Assembly: GCA_963775425.1 (NCBI GenBank)
Contig: CAVZJB010000016.1
Coordinates: 832,001 to 896,000 of the forward strand
From: an uncultured delta proteobacterium
Lineage (GTDB): Bacteria; Myxococcota; UBA727; VGSZ01
Length of the DNA: 64,000 nucleotides
Direction: 5' to 3'
Both the position numbers and the translations under genes were made by a program. Positions 20,746 through 30,998 of the stretch are shown here, piece after piece. The notes under the pieces were generated by a model. It saw only the letters and a list, made by a program, of their open reading frames with translations. It was not told where the DNA came from and made no database searches. Each line of letters opens with the position of its first letter. Positions within the stretch are counted from its first letter, which is position 1.

Positions 20746-21249
20746 ATGCACCGAGCCGCACGCTTCGTCATGAGCCTTGTGTTGGTCTGCGGAGCCGCCG
20801 CGTGCGGCGCGGAGCGCTTCGAGGACCTGATTATCGATGAGGTCAGCCTCAGCAACTTCCAGTTCGGTCAGGCCGGGGTTGTCCTGGGCTACAGCGACGC
20901 CACCGCCGACATGGAGCTCCGCGACCTCGACGGCGAGACCCACCAGTTCGTGGCGCACCTCACGGGCCCCGCCATCGGCTTCATCCTCGACGCCGAATTC
21001 GCACAGCCCCCCATCGCCTTCAACGACGAGGATGTGAAGGTGAGCAAGCCAAACACGTCACCGGCGCTCGGCAAGGACATGCTGGGCGGGTACTTCGGCA
21101 GCACCTTCTCCGGGATGCTGGTGGGCGGCGCCGCCGGCGTCTCGATGACGAACGACAAGGGCGCCGCGATCGACGCCCTCGTGTACGGGTACGGGCTCGG
21201 TGGAGCCGTCGGGCTCACGTGGCTGAACCTGGACGTGCGCGACCCCTGA
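20746..21249 (+). CDS. Hypothetical lipoprotein
   Basis: Lipobox-like AAAC-G, Gly-rich beta segments, coding-like codon usage. Confidence 0.7.
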   Translation: MHRAARFVMSLVLVCGAAACGAERFEDLIIDEVSLSNFQFGQAGVVLGYSDATADMELRDLDGETHQFVAHLTGPAIGFILDAEFAQPPIAFNDEDVKVSKPNTSPALGKDMLGGYFGSTFSGMLVGGAAGVSMTNDKGAAIDALVYGYGLGGAVGLTWLNLDVRDP

Positions 21250-21321
21250 CGCACCCACCTGACGCGGCCGTGCCTCGAGTCGGCGTGCACCCCAGCCACG
21301 GCCGCGGCGCCACGCAGTAGG

Positions 21322-21822
21322 ATGGCGCTTTGGAACACGCGCCACGCCTCTCGTCCCTCATCGCAGTGGCTTGCTCGTCTCTCGCGTGTGGCCCGTCGGA
21401 TCCATCCGCGCATCGCAGAGATCCCGCGCAGCATCGATGCCTTCGATCAGGCGTTGCGCGCCTTCGGCAATTGGAGCGCCCAGGTCGACGCGAGCTCGCT
21501 CGGGACGCTGGTGGACGCTCCCGGCAGCGAGACAACGCTGCAGTCCCTTCAGCTCGACGGGCAGGCGGCCCTCTTCGATGCAGGCGTGAGTCTCTACCGC
21601 GACCGTATGGCGCCGAGGTGCATTCCCGGGCGCGACATCCTCGAAGCTGACGACTTGCTCGCGTGGCTCGAGGTACCGACGTCCATCAGGACGCGCCTCG
21701 AGCAAGGTGGCGTTGCCGGCTTCGCCGGCGCCGCAGTCGCCGGACGACCCCGGGCGGCTCACTCCTCGTCGGACACGTGCAGCACCGGCGGCGCCCCGAA
21801 GCGATCCTCGAACTCGAAGTAG
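21322..21822 (+). pseudogene. Possible frameshifted or degenerate lipoprotein gene
   Basis: Signal/lipobox-like LIAVACSSLAC in the 21330 frame, globular-looking body in the 21322 frame; overlaps the convergent gene. Confidence 0.3.
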
Positions 21823-22130
21823 AGGCGCTCCAGGTGCACGCGCGCCTCGTCGCCGCCGGCGTAGAAGCGGAACGCGAGCTCACCCTGGCCGCGGGCGCCG
21901 GGCTCGTCGAGCTCGTCGGCGAACAGGCGGCGCAGCGCCTCGCGGGCGGAGCGGGCGGCGTAGAAGTAGAAGACCATGGCGCTCTTGCCCTTCGGGTACA
22001 ACGCGAGGGACTTGTCCAGCCGCGACACCTGCACCGCCGCCGGCGCGTCCGGCGCGTGCTGCGTGACGCCGGCGGCGCTGAGCGGGAACCACTCGGAGAA
22101 GCCGGCCGGCTCGACGGGGGAGCCCGTCAT
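21759..22130 (-). CDS. Hypothetical protein, degenerate GIY-YIG-like fold suspected
   Basis: WFPL..APDAPAAVQV..YPKGKSAMVFY..FEDRFGAPP pattern; ATGA overlap with qor. Confidence 0.6.
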   Translation of the reverse strand: MTGSPVEPAGFSEWFPLSAAGVTQHAPDAPAAVQVSRLDKSLALYPKGKSAMVFYFYAARSAREALRRLFADELDEPGARGQGELAFRFYAGGDEARVHLERLYFEFEDRFGAPPVLHVSDEE

Positions 22131-23110
22131 GGCGTCAACACCAGCGCGCCGGTGGTCTTTCGGCCTTCGAGGTCCTCGTGGGCGCGCGCGGCCTCCGCGA
22201 GCGGGTAGCGGCCGCCCACCGCCGGGGTGAGCGAGCCCTTCTCGACGGCGGCGAACAACGCGTTGGCGGAGGCGCGGTACTCGCCCGCGTCGGCGATGTA
22301 GTCGAAGAGCGTGGGGCGCGTGAGGAAGAGCGAGCCCTTGCGCGCGAGCAAGGCCGGATCGAAGGGGCCGACGGGGCCCGAGGCCTGTCCGAACAACACG
22401 AGCATCCCTCGCGCGCGCAGCGCATCGAGCGACTCGGGAAAGGAGTCCTTGCCGACGGAGTCGTAGACGACGTCGACGCCGGCGGGCTGCAGCTCGCGCA
22501 CGCGCGCCGCGAGCTTGCCGTAGTCGCGGCCCGCGCCGGCGGTGAGCACGTGGTGCGCGCCCGCCTGCAGCGCCGTGCGCGCCTTCTGCTCGGTGGAGAC
22601 CACGCCTATCACCTTGGCGCCGAGCGCGCGGCCCCACTGGCACAGGAGCGTGCCGACGCCGCCGCCCGCGGCATACACGAGGATGGTGTGCCGCGCGTCG
22701 ACGCGGAAGGTGCGGCGCAGCAGGTACTCCGCCGTGAGGCCCTTCAACATCACCGCCGCGGCGACGTCGTCGGGGACGCCCGCGGGGAGCTCGAGCAGCG
22801 ACATGGCGGGGACGTTGCGCTCCTCGGCGTACGCGCCTGGCGGCTTGTAGACGTAGGCGACGCGCGCGCCGGGCTTGAGGTGGGTGACGCCCGAGCCGAC
22901 GTCGACGACGACGCCGGCGGCCTCCGTGCCGAGCACCGTGGGCAGCGGCAGCGGGTAGAGCCCGGTGCGGTGGTAGATGTCGATGAAGTCGACCCCGATG
23001 GCGGTGTGCCGCACGCGCACCTCGCCCGGCCCCGGAGGCGGGACGTCGATGTCGTCGACGACGAGGCTCGACGGCGGCCCCGGCTGATGGATACGGACGG
23101 CGCGGACCAT
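22127..23110 (-). CDS. qor: NADPH:quinone oxidoreductase (MDR family)
   Basis: AIGVDFIDIYHRTGLY, LGTEAAG, KGLTAEYLL, AAGGGVG, YDSVGKD, GSLFLTRP, GRKTTG. Confidence 0.93.
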   Translation of the reverse strand: MVRAVRIHQPGPPSSLVVDDIDVPPPGPGEVRVRHTAIGVDFIDIYHRTGLYPLPLPTVLGTEAAGVVVDVGSGVTHLKPGARVAYVYKPPGAYAEERNVPAMSLLELPAGVPDDVAAAVMLKGLTAEYLLRRTFRVDARHTILVYAAGGGVGTLLCQWGRALGAKVIGVVSTEQKARTALQAGAHHVLTAGAGRDYGKLAARVRELQPAGVDVVYDSVGKDSFPESLDALRARGMLVLFGQASGPVGPFDPALLARKGSLFLTRPTLFDYIADAGEYRASANALFAAVEKGSLTPAVGGRYPLAEAARAHEDLEGRKTTGALVLTP

Positions 23111-23187
23111 GCCCCACCAATAGCCCACGACAGGCGCGCGCGCACCCACCGGCACAGGGGCGGCGCCCGCGCAACGATGAACGCCGC

Positions 23188-25056
23188 TCAGGCCCCGCTG
23201 TCGTCGAGGACCAGCGTCGTCGGCGCCAGGATCACGTCGTCGCCCCGCGTCGCGGACACCTGGTACGTGAGGAAGTCCGCCTGGGCGAAGTCCGGGACCA
23301 CCGCGAACCGAATGGCCACGTCCCCCGGCGCGTCGGCCTCGAGCGCGTCGTTCCAGTTGTGGTGCGTGCTCGTGTAGCGCTGGGCGTCGAACGCATCGAT
23401 GAAGAAGCGCTGGCCCGGCAACAACAGCTCCGTCGACACCGCCGCGTACAGCGTGCTCGTCCCCGCGCCCTGCCCCACCGCGCGGCGGACGACGCGCAGG
23501 ATGACGGCGCCGTCGGCGCTGTGCAGGGAGAGCGTCTCGTCGGGATCCACCCGGATGCCCTCGAGGCGCGACGGCGTGACGAGCGCCCCCCAGGGGAAGC
23601 CGGCGCCGTCGTCGACGTCGACGCGCGCGGCGGCGCCGTAGTCGCTCACGGTCACCGCCGCGCCGCCGACGGTGAAGGAGAAGCCCGGGTGGTCGTCGAC
23701 GTCCACGTCGCCGTCCTTTTCGAAGCGCTGCCCGAGCACGCTCGTGTCGTCGCCGAACACCACGGGCACCACGGCGACGACGTCGTAGCCGGGCGCGGCG
23801 GCGCGCGGGCACGTAAGCGCCTGCAGAACGAACGAGTCGAAGCCGAGGACGCCGAGGCCACGGACGGCGGCGCCGTCACAGGAGAGCGAGCGCTCGAGCG
23901 CCGTGGCGTCGACGCGGACAGGCGGGCGGTCGACGCTCCAGGTGCTCGTGCTCTCCGCGCCCGTCGCGAGGTCGCGGTCGACGACGTCGATAGCAGCGGC
24001 GTCGCCGAAGCCGTTGATTCCCGACAGGAGCACGGTGCGCGGGGCGATCCCGCTTTGGACGAGGGGCGCGGCCGCGAAGAAGGAGGCGTACGAGGCGAGA
24101 TCGCGGTCGAAGTCGATCTCGCTGTCCTCTTCCCAGTTGTGGTGCTGCGCGGCGTAGGTGTGCGCCCAGAAGCCCGTGGCGCGGAAGGAGACGAAGGGAG
24201 CGTCGCTGCGCACGAGCAGCGTGCTTTGCCAGAGCACCGGCGCGCTGCCGGCGAAGGTGTCGGCGGTGACGACGTGGCGGATGAGCGCCGCGCGGTCGCC
24301 GCCGCGGGCGGCGGTGATGACCTCGAGGGCGTCGACGGGCTCGAAGACCGCGCCGCCGTCGCAGGGCTCGAGGTACGCGGAGACGCCGGCGGCGGCGTCC
24401 TCCCAGCCGAACGAGACCGCGGTGCCCTCGCCGTACACCACCGGCGCCGGCGCGGCGGCGTCCCGGGAGGTCACGGCGATGCTCTCGACGACGTCACCCG
24501 CGGCGCCGAGGACGTAGCGGTTCTGGGCGCGCAGGACGACGAACGACGGGTTCTGGTCGTCGACACGCCAGTCGACGACGACGGCGTCGCCCGGGCACGC
24601 GCTCGTCTCGAAGCGCTCGGAGGCGAGCACGCCGCGCTCGACGGCCACGCCGACCAGGCCGGCGGCCGCGAGGTCCGCGCGGCGGAAGCTCGGTCGCTCC
24701 TGCGACGGGATCACGATGCGCACCTTCTTGTTCCGCTCGTCGGCGCGCGACGCCCCCTCGCTCCAGGCGCTGCAGAGCGTGAGCGGATCGGGCCACGAGA
24801 TCGAGAGCGCGTCGAAGGGCGTCCCCGTGAGCGACCCGTCGTCGGGGCCGACGCCCGCGTGGCCCGGGCACTGCGGCGGCGGCGGCGGCGGGCCCTCTCC
24901 CTCACCTTCACCCTCGCCTTCACCCTCGCCCTCACCCTCGCCCTCGCCCTCGCCCTCGCCCTCGCCGGCGCCGGGGGGCGCGCATGACGCCGACGCGAGC
25001 GCCGCCAGCGCCGCGAACGCCGCAGCGAAGAGGAGCCAGGCCGCGTGCCGCTTCAT
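23188..25056 (-). CDS. Lipoprotein with poly-GE linker and a duplicated HHNW-motif domain
   Basis: Lipobox SASC, (GE)n, poly-Pro, YAAQHHNWEED and YTSTHHNWND. Confidence 0.8.
   Translation of the reverse strand: MKRHAAWLLFAAAFAALAALASASCAPPGAGEGEGEGEGEGEGEGEGEGEGEGEGPPPPPPQCPGHAGVGPDDGSLTGTPFDALSISWPDPLTLCSAWSEGASRADERNKKVRIVIPSQERPSFRRADLAAAGLVGVAVERGVLASERFETSACPGDAVVVDWRVDDQNPSFVVLRAQNRYVLGAAGDVVESIAVTSRDAAAPAPVVYGEGTAVSFGWEDAAAGVSAYLEPCDGGAVFEPVDALEVITAARGGDRAALIRHVVTADTFAGSAPVLWQSTLLVRSDAPFVSFRATGFWAHTYAAQHHNWEEDSEIDFDRDLASYASFFAAAPLVQSGIAPRTVLLSGINGFGDAAAIDVVDRDLATGAESTSTWSVDRPPVRVDATALERSLSCDGAAVRGLGVLGFDSFVLQALTCPRAAAPGYDVVAVVPVVFGDDTSVLGQRFEKDGDVDVDDHPGFSFTVGGAAVTVSDYGAAARVDVDDGAGFPWGALVTPSRLEGIRVDPDETLSLHSADGAVILRVVRRAVGQGAGTSTLYAAVSTELLLPGQRFFIDAFDAQRYTSTHHNWNDALEADAPGDVAIRFAVVPDFAQADFLTYQVSATRGDDVILAPTTLVLDDSGA
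24892..24966 (-). repeat. In-frame 6-bp Gly-Glu repeat
   Basis: (CCCTCG/CCTTCA)n on + strand. Confidence 0.9.
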
Positions 25057-25238
25057 GTGCGCATCACAGCAACGACCACGCCACCGCGCTCCGCCGCGTG
25101 AAGGCGCGCACAGCGGGTGCCCGCATCAGGAATCTGACGACCCGCGCGCACCAGCTCTCACAGTCAACCAACCGATACATGCGAAATTCGGTGTTCCACA
25201 CGACGCGGGCGGCACCGGCCCGGGCCTACTCTCGTCGG

Positions 25239-27641
25239 ATGACAAAACGTCGCGCCTTCGCCGCCGGGTCCGCGCCGATGATTGTCGCGATCGCCGGCGC
25301 CGCGCTGGCCGCGGCCGGCTGCGTGACGAAGCTGCCCCACGGGCCGACCCCGACCAAGGCGCCGGTGGAGGGCGAAGGCGAGGGCGAGGGCGAAGGCGAA
25401 GGCGTCGTCTTCGAGTGCCCCACCGACGCGAGCGCCGGCAGCCTCGACGAGATGGCGCAGCGCTACGCCACCGACATCGATCCGCTGATGACGCGCGCGC
25501 AGGGCGGCTGCATCGCGTGCCACGCCGCCGACAGCGGGCGCTTGATGACGCTCGCCGACACCGCCGAAAACAGCTTCTTCCGCATTCGCGCCAGCGGCTT
25601 CTTCCGCCTCGTGAACGGCATGATCCCCGAGCGCGTCATCCATGACTCCATGCCGCAGGGCGGCCCCGCGTGGACGCAAGACGAAAAGGACCTGCTGCTC
25701 AACTTCGCCTGCGACCTCGCCACGCTCGACGACGCCGGGGTCCCGCCGGACGAGGAATTCCCGCCCGAGCTGCTGTCGCCGTACACCGGCCCGGCCGTCA
25801 CCGACTACGACGACACCTTCCTCACCTACGAGCAGCTCCGCGGCCGCGTCATCCAGACCTTCGACGACGACTGGGTGCGCCTCGGCGTCGATCAGTTCTC
25901 GCAGAACATCTCGCTGTTCGGCGGCGCCGACTTCGTCACCACGTTCGTCCCCGCGCGCGACGCCGCACCCGAGTTCTTCGTGGGCCTCGACCTCCTCGCC
26001 GAGGACGTCTGCGGCCGCGCCGCCGCCGACGAGACCGGGCCGTTCGCCGGGCTCGACCTCGACGCCCCCATCGTCGCCGAGCCGCTGCCGGCGCTGCAGT
26101 CGCTCGAGGCCGAGCAGCAGACCATCACGGGCCTGCCCGCCGGCTGCATGCCCGGGCCCAACTCCACCACCGTGTCCCTTTGCACCAACGCCACCATCTC
26201 CACCACGCTCACGTTCCCCATCGGCGGCGACTACACCATCGTCGTCACTGCGCGCGGCACGGAGGCGGGGCCCGACCTGCCCGCCATGGACGTCTCCGTC
26301 GACGGCGTCGTCGCGCAGACCTTCGGCGTCCCCGCCGGCAGCCTGCAGGACTTCTCCGTCACCACGCACATCGACGGCGGCAGCCACATCGTGTCCGTCG
26401 CCTTCACCAACGACTTCGTCGATCCCGACACCAACGCCGACCGCAACCTCATCGTCGACAAGTACACCATCGACGGCCCCACGCCCGGCAGCACCGACGG
26501 CTCCGCCACCGGCCCCGCCGACGCCAAGGCGCGCCTGGCCGCCATCTTTCAGCGCATCCTGCTCCGGCCGCCGGTGCAGGACGGCGGCCCCGACGACGAG
26601 ATCAACCCGCTCTACGACACGCTGGTGCAGCTCGAGCAGTTCGACGGCGATCGCCGCGGCGCGTTCGCCGGCGCGTGTCAGGGGCTCCTGCAGCACCCGG
26701 ACTTCCTCTTCACGCGGCCGGCCGCGTTCGACACGGCCGTCGGCGGCGAGCGCGAGCGCCTGCTGCTCGTCAAGACCGCGCTCGACCTCGTGAACCGGCC
26801 GCCGTCGCCGGACGAATTCGGGCGCTTCGACACCGGCGAGAGCCGTGAGCAGCTCGTCGACGAGTGGCTGCACTCAGACGAGTTCAAGGCCGCGTACAAC
26901 CAGAAGGTGCGCGCCATCCTCGAGTTCGACGGCACGCCCGACGGCGACGAGCCGGCGCGGCTGTGGACCTACGTGATGGACAACGATCGTCCGCTCAAGG
27001 AGATCCTCACCGCCGACTACACCGTCGACGAGTCCGGTAACCGCGTGGCGCGCTCGGCCGAGCACGGGGCCACCGGGCTCCTCACCATGAAGGGGTACAT
27101 CAAGGGCAAGCCCGGCCTGCCCCACTACAACTACGCTGCGCGCGTGTTCACGGGCTTCATGGGCTTCGTGTTCAACGTGCCGCAGGAGGCGCTTGACGCG
27201 CGGGCCACGGCCACGGCGGCGTCGACGGTGGATCCCACGAGCATCTGCTTCTCCTGCCACCGCCTGCTCACGCCGCTCGCGCACCAGCGCCTGAAGTGGG
27301 ACGACGACGGCAACTACCGAGAGACCTTCGACGACGGCCGCCCCATCGACGACACCGACCACGGGCTCGTCGAGGACTACCCCTTCAAGGGCCCCGGCAT
27401 CGAGAGCTTCGCGTTGGTGGCCGTGCGCAAGGAGGGCTTCATCCGGCGCATGGCCAACGTGCACTGGGCGTTCTCGTTCGGGCGCAACCTGCGCCACGAC
27501 CAGGACGAGCGCGACGTCTACCTCGAGCTGTGGAACGCCGCCAACAGCGGCAACGGCACGTTCCGCGACGTGATGAAGACCGTGCTGTTCTCGAGGACCT
27601 ACGAAAACCCCAACCCGCCCACGGACGGAGGTGCCCCATGA
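25239..27641 (+). CDS. Lipoprotein with CXXCH motifs, carbohydrate-binding-like module and DUF1588/DUF1585-like C-terminus
   Basis: AAAGC lipobox, GE linker, CIACH and CFSCH, VAFTND..DRNLIVD CBM-like motif, GATGLLT. Confidence 0.75.
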   Translation: MTKRRAFAAGSAPMIVAIAGAALAAAGCVTKLPHGPTPTKAPVEGEGEGEGEGEGVVFECPTDASAGSLDEMAQRYATDIDPLMTRAQGGCIACHAADSGRLMTLADTAENSFFRIRASGFFRLVNGMIPERVIHDSMPQGGPAWTQDEKDLLLNFACDLATLDDAGVPPDEEFPPELLSPYTGPAVTDYDDTFLTYEQLRGRVIQTFDDDWVRLGVDQFSQNISLFGGADFVTTFVPARDAAPEFFVGLDLLAEDVCGRAAADETGPFAGLDLDAPIVAEPLPALQSLEAEQQTITGLPAGCMPGPNSTTVSLCTNATISTTLTFPIGGDYTIVVTARGTEAGPDLPAMDVSVDGVVAQTFGVPAGSLQDFSVTTHIDGGSHIVSVAFTNDFVDPDTNADRNLIVDKYTIDGPTPGSTDGSATGPADAKARLAAIFQRILLRPPVQDGGPDDEINPLYDTLVQLEQFDGDRRGAFAGACQGLLQHPDFLFTRPAAFDTAVGGERERLLLVKTALDLVNRPPSPDEFGRFDTGESREQLVDEWLHSDEFKAAYNQKVRAILEFDGTPDGDEPARLWTYVMDNDRPLKEILTADYTVDESGNRVARSAEHGATGLLTMKGYIKGKPGLPHYNYAARVFTGFMGFVFNVPQEALDARATATAASTVDPTSICFSCHRLLTPLAHQRLKWDDDGNYRETFDDGRPIDDTDHGLVEDYPFKGPGIESFALVAVRKEGFIRRMANVHWAFSFGRNLRHDQDERDVYLELWNAANSGNGTFRDVMKTVLFSRTYENPNPPTDGGAP

Positions 27642-29338
27642 CACGCGACCGCTCCCGGCCGCCCATGACACCCGAGCGCTCCCTCCGGTCGCCCATGAAG
27701 CGGCGCTCCTTCCTCGGAGGCGCCGTCGCCACCGGCGCCATCTCGGTGGCCGAGTGGCTCGGCTTCTTCAGTCGCCACGGCGTCCCCGGCACCGCCAGGG
27801 ACTGGGGCATCGCGCAGGCGCGCGCCCAGGAGGAACAGGAGGATCGCTTCCTCGTGTACTGGTTCGTGGAGGGCGGCTGGGACAGCTACTCGATGTTCGG
27901 CCCGGTGCACACGCGGAACGACTCGGCCATCGACGTCCCCGTCAACACGCTGAACCCCACGCCCCCGTGGAGCCAGCAGATCTATCGCGTGGGCAACTAC
28001 GGCAACGCGCCCTACCCCGTCCCGCAGACGGTGAACGGCATCGAGCACGGCTACCTCGCCGTCGACGGACAGCCGCTGTTCCCGGACATGGCCGTGGTGT
28101 CTTCGGTGAAGGGCAACCTGTTTCACTCGGGCGGCCGCTGGGACATGCACTACGGCACGTACAACCACTCGCTGACGGCCTTCCGCGGCGACGACGAGCG
28201 CACCGTGATGCAGGCGTTCGCCGAGGCCAAGGGCGGCTCGTTCCTGCTGCCGAACGTGTCGTGGCACCGCTGGCTCTCCGACGGCGAGCTCGACCTCGGG
28301 CAATACCCGCCGGGCACCGGCTACTACGAGAACCTCGGCCCCGCGTACGCGCACACCGTCTACGGACACACCCCGCGCGACCTGAAGGCGCGGCTGTTGT
28401 CCACGGGCGACGTCGCCACGCAGGAGCGGCGCCGCATCATTCGCGGCTACACCGACGCCATCCAGGCGCGCTTCCTGCGCGGCCGCGACAGCGCCAGCGT
28501 GCGCGCGTTCGCGTCGGCGCTCGAGATCCACAAGTCGCTCGCCGACCGCGGCGGCACCTTCGACGTGGCTTCGCTGTTCTCCGACGATCAGCTCAAGACC
28601 GAGTTCGGCGTGCGTGACGGCGACGAGCTCACCACCGCCACCGTCGTGAACGGCAACCCGGCCCGCAGCAAGGAGTCGCCGCACATCCGGGTGCAGGCCA
28701 TGATGGCCTACGAGCTGATGCGCGCGAAGATCTCGTGTGCGCTCTGGCTCGAGACCCGCGACGTGCGCCTGTTCGACAGCCACCGCGCGCGCAGGAACGT
28801 GCTCAACGCCGACACCAACTCCGATCAGCTCCAGCTCGCGCGCGACGAGATCTGGAACCCGCTCATCGCGTTCGTCGCCAAGCTCAAGACCACCGAGATG
28901 CTGGGGGAGCCGGGCGTGTCTTTGTGGGACCGGACCAACATCGTGCTGTGCTCGGAGATGTCCCGGACCCTCCAGGGCGACGTCGAAGCCATCTTGTCGT
29001 CAGGCGACGCCACGGACAGCAAGTACCAGCAGATCCTGGACCAGGACGTCTGCCAGCACTGGCACGTGTCGTCCGCGGCGTTCCTCGGGGCCAACGTCAA
29101 CGGCGGCACGCAGTTCGGGCGCGTGGGCGCGTCGACGCTGGAGAGCATCCCCATCCTCGCCGACGGCTCCCTCGACCCGGCCTTCGATGCCCAGACCGGG
29201 CAGCAGAGCGGCAACCAGACGGGCTTTGTCGCCGAGCCCGGCCACATCTACTCCACCGCCCTCTCGCTCGGCGGCGTCGACCCGACGAACGTCGGCAGGA
29301 ACACCAAGCCCGCGCTGTCCTTCATCAAGAAGGCCTGA
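27638..29338 (+). CDS. Tat-exported DUF1501-like protein
   Basis: KRRSFLG twin-Arg signal, EGGWDSYSMF, FDSH, SEMSRT, QHWH; ATGA coupling to upstream gene with GGAGG RBS. Confidence 0.75.
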   Translation: MTRDRSRPPMTPERSLRSPMKRRSFLGGAVATGAISVAEWLGFFSRHGVPGTARDWGIAQARAQEEQEDRFLVYWFVEGGWDSYSMFGPVHTRNDSAIDVPVNTLNPTPPWSQQIYRVGNYGNAPYPVPQTVNGIEHGYLAVDGQPLFPDMAVVSSVKGNLFHSGGRWDMHYGTYNHSLTAFRGDDERTVMQAFAEAKGGSFLLPNVSWHRWLSDGELDLGQYPPGTGYYENLGPAYAHTVYGHTPRDLKARLLSTGDVATQERRRIIRGYTDAIQARFLRGRDSASVRAFASALEIHKSLADRGGTFDVASLFSDDQLKTEFGVRDGDELTTATVVNGNPARSKESPHIRVQAMMAYELMRAKISCALWLETRDVRLFDSHRARRNVLNADTNSDQLQLARDEIWNPLIAFVAKLKTTEMLGEPGVSLWDRTNIVLCSEMSRTLQGDVEAILSSGDATDSKYQQILDQDVCQHWHVSSAAFLGANVNGGTQFGRVGASTLESIPILADGSLDPAFDAQTGQQSGNQTGFVAEPGHIYSTALSLGGVDPTNVGRNTKPALSFIKKA

Positions 29339-29443
29339 CCGCCGAAGCCGAGATCGGACGCGGCCGCGGGGGCCCGCGTCGGAAGACTCGCGGCGCCGGC
29401 TCACCCGTGGCCTCCTCCACGTCGACGAACCCGTCGACGACCC

Positions 29444-29467
29444 GTAGGGCGGGGGCTTGTCCCCCGC
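29444..29467 (+). repeat. Single GTAG-type REP copy
   Basis: GTAGGGCGGGGGCTTGTCCCCCGC. Confidence 0.85.
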
Positions 29468-29794
29468 GTCGGAGAGGCCCGGCGCCGGGGACGGTGCCGG
29501 TCCGTCGTAACGCCGCTGAGCTCGAAGGGTGAGGCGCAATGTGATCCATGCGGCGCGGACGTGCCGTGTCGACGCGTGCGGCGACGACGGCGACGACCGT
29601 CGCCCCGACGCGACAAAGGCGCCGAAGGCGCGGTCGATGATCGCGGTCGAGGCGCGCCGATGGCGAGGCGCGAGGAGGGAGCGTGGCCGTCGCCACGTGA
29701 CCGACGAGCAACGAAGCCAGCGGCGATGGATCGGCCGCGAGGGCGATCGAGTTGTTCATTCGGGGGCCCTAAGCTCGTAACGCCGCTCGACTCA

Positions 29795-30997
29795 TCAGAG
29801 CTTCGGCAACAACGTGCGCACGATGTCGAGCGGCAGCGCCGGCGCGAAGTGGCGGTTGGCGCCGCGCATGTCGCTCGCGGTGCACACCGCGTTCATGATC
29901 GCCTCCTCCACGCACTCGACGACGGCGCGGAACACCGGGTCGATGTGCTCGTCGGAGAGCGCGCGGATTGTGAGCACGCGCTCGGCTGACGTGCGCGGGT
30001 AGGTGTTGGCCGTCGAAAACGACAGGATGATCTCGCCCGAGCCGTGACCCGCGGAGCTGCCGGTGCGGCCGATGCCCAGCGCCGCACGCTTCGAGACGCG
30101 GTTGAGCTGGTGCGGCGTGAGCGGCGCGTCGGTGGCGACGACGCAGATGATGCTGCCGTACTCGCCGCCGCGCTTGACCACCGCCTTGTACAGCGGCGCG
30201 AGGTGCGGCCCCAGGTGGTCGCCGCCCATGCGCAGATCGACGACGTGGCCGAAGTTGGACTGCACCAGCACGCCGACGGTGAACCCGCCCGCGCGAGCGG
30301 GGAGGACGCGCGACGAGGTGCCGATGCCGCCGGCGAAGTCGAATGTGGTCATGCCGGTGCCGGCGCCCACGTTGCCCTCCGCGACGGCACCCGACGTCGC
30401 GCCCTCGAGCGCGGCGCGCACGTGCTCCGTGCGCACGTGGAGGCCGGCGATGTCCGAGAGCCAACTGTCGTCGCACTCGGCGACGACGGGGAGCACCGTG
30501 TCGTGCTCGCGGCCGATGCCCGGGTTCTTCTCGATCATGTACTGCACGCACGCATCCAGCGCCGCGCCCACCGCCAGCGTGTTGGTGAGCACCACCGGCG
30601 TCTCGAGCAAGCCCCACTCGAGGATCTGCGTCAGCCCCGTCATCTCGCCGGCACCGTTCAGCACCCAGCCGCTGGCCGCGAGGCGCTCGAGGAAGACGTT
30701 GCCCGGCGGCACGATGGCGGTGACGCCGGTGCGCGCGGGGCCCTTGCCCACCTCGAGCTTGCCGTCGCCGAAGACCACGGTGGTGTGGCCGACGCGCACG
30801 CCCTTCACGTCGGTGATCGCGTTGTTCTCGCCGGGCGGGTAGATGCCGAGGTCGATCTTGACCTCCTTGGCGAGGTCGCGAACGCGCAGGCGCGCCCCCG
30901 ACGACGGCACCTCCTCGACGGGCTCGCCCTCGACGGTCCATGCCTCGAAGCGCTGGTCGGCGTTGCCGGGGGCGTCATCGTCTTGTCGTCGCGTCAC
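29795..30997 (-). CDS. dmpA: DmpA/P1 (S58) family aminopeptidase
   Basis: NAITDVKGVRVGHTT, RTGVTAI, NGAGEMTG, LTNTLAVG, EGNVGAGTGM, GGIGTSSR, G/SIICVVATDAPL autoprocessing site, HGSGE. Confidence 0.9.
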   Translation of the reverse strand: MTRRQDDDAPGNADQRFEAWTVEGEPVEEVPSSGARLRVRDLAKEVKIDLGIYPPGENNAITDVKGVRVGHTTVVFGDGKLEVGKGPARTGVTAIVPPGNVFLERLAASGWVLNGAGEMTGLTQILEWGLLETPVVLTNTLAVGAALDACVQYMIEKNPGIGREHDTVLPVVAECDDSWLSDIAGLHVRTEHVRAALEGATSGAVAEGNVGAGTGMTTFDFAGGIGTSSRVLPARAGGFTVGVLVQSNFGHVVDLRMGGDHLGPHLAPLYKAVVKRGGEYGSIICVVATDAPLTPHQLNRVSKRAALGIGRTGSSAGHGSGEIILSFSTANTYPRTSAERVLTIRALSDEHIDPVFRAVVECVEEAIMNAVCTASDMRGANRHFAPALPLDIVRTLLPKL

Positions 30998-30998
30998 G

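Noticed and set aside
29339-29794. Long gap between convergent genes as an ncRNA or small gene
   Set aside because: Apart from one REP copy I see no recognisable RNA motif, and the ORFs are Arg-rich noise; a covariance-model search would be needed
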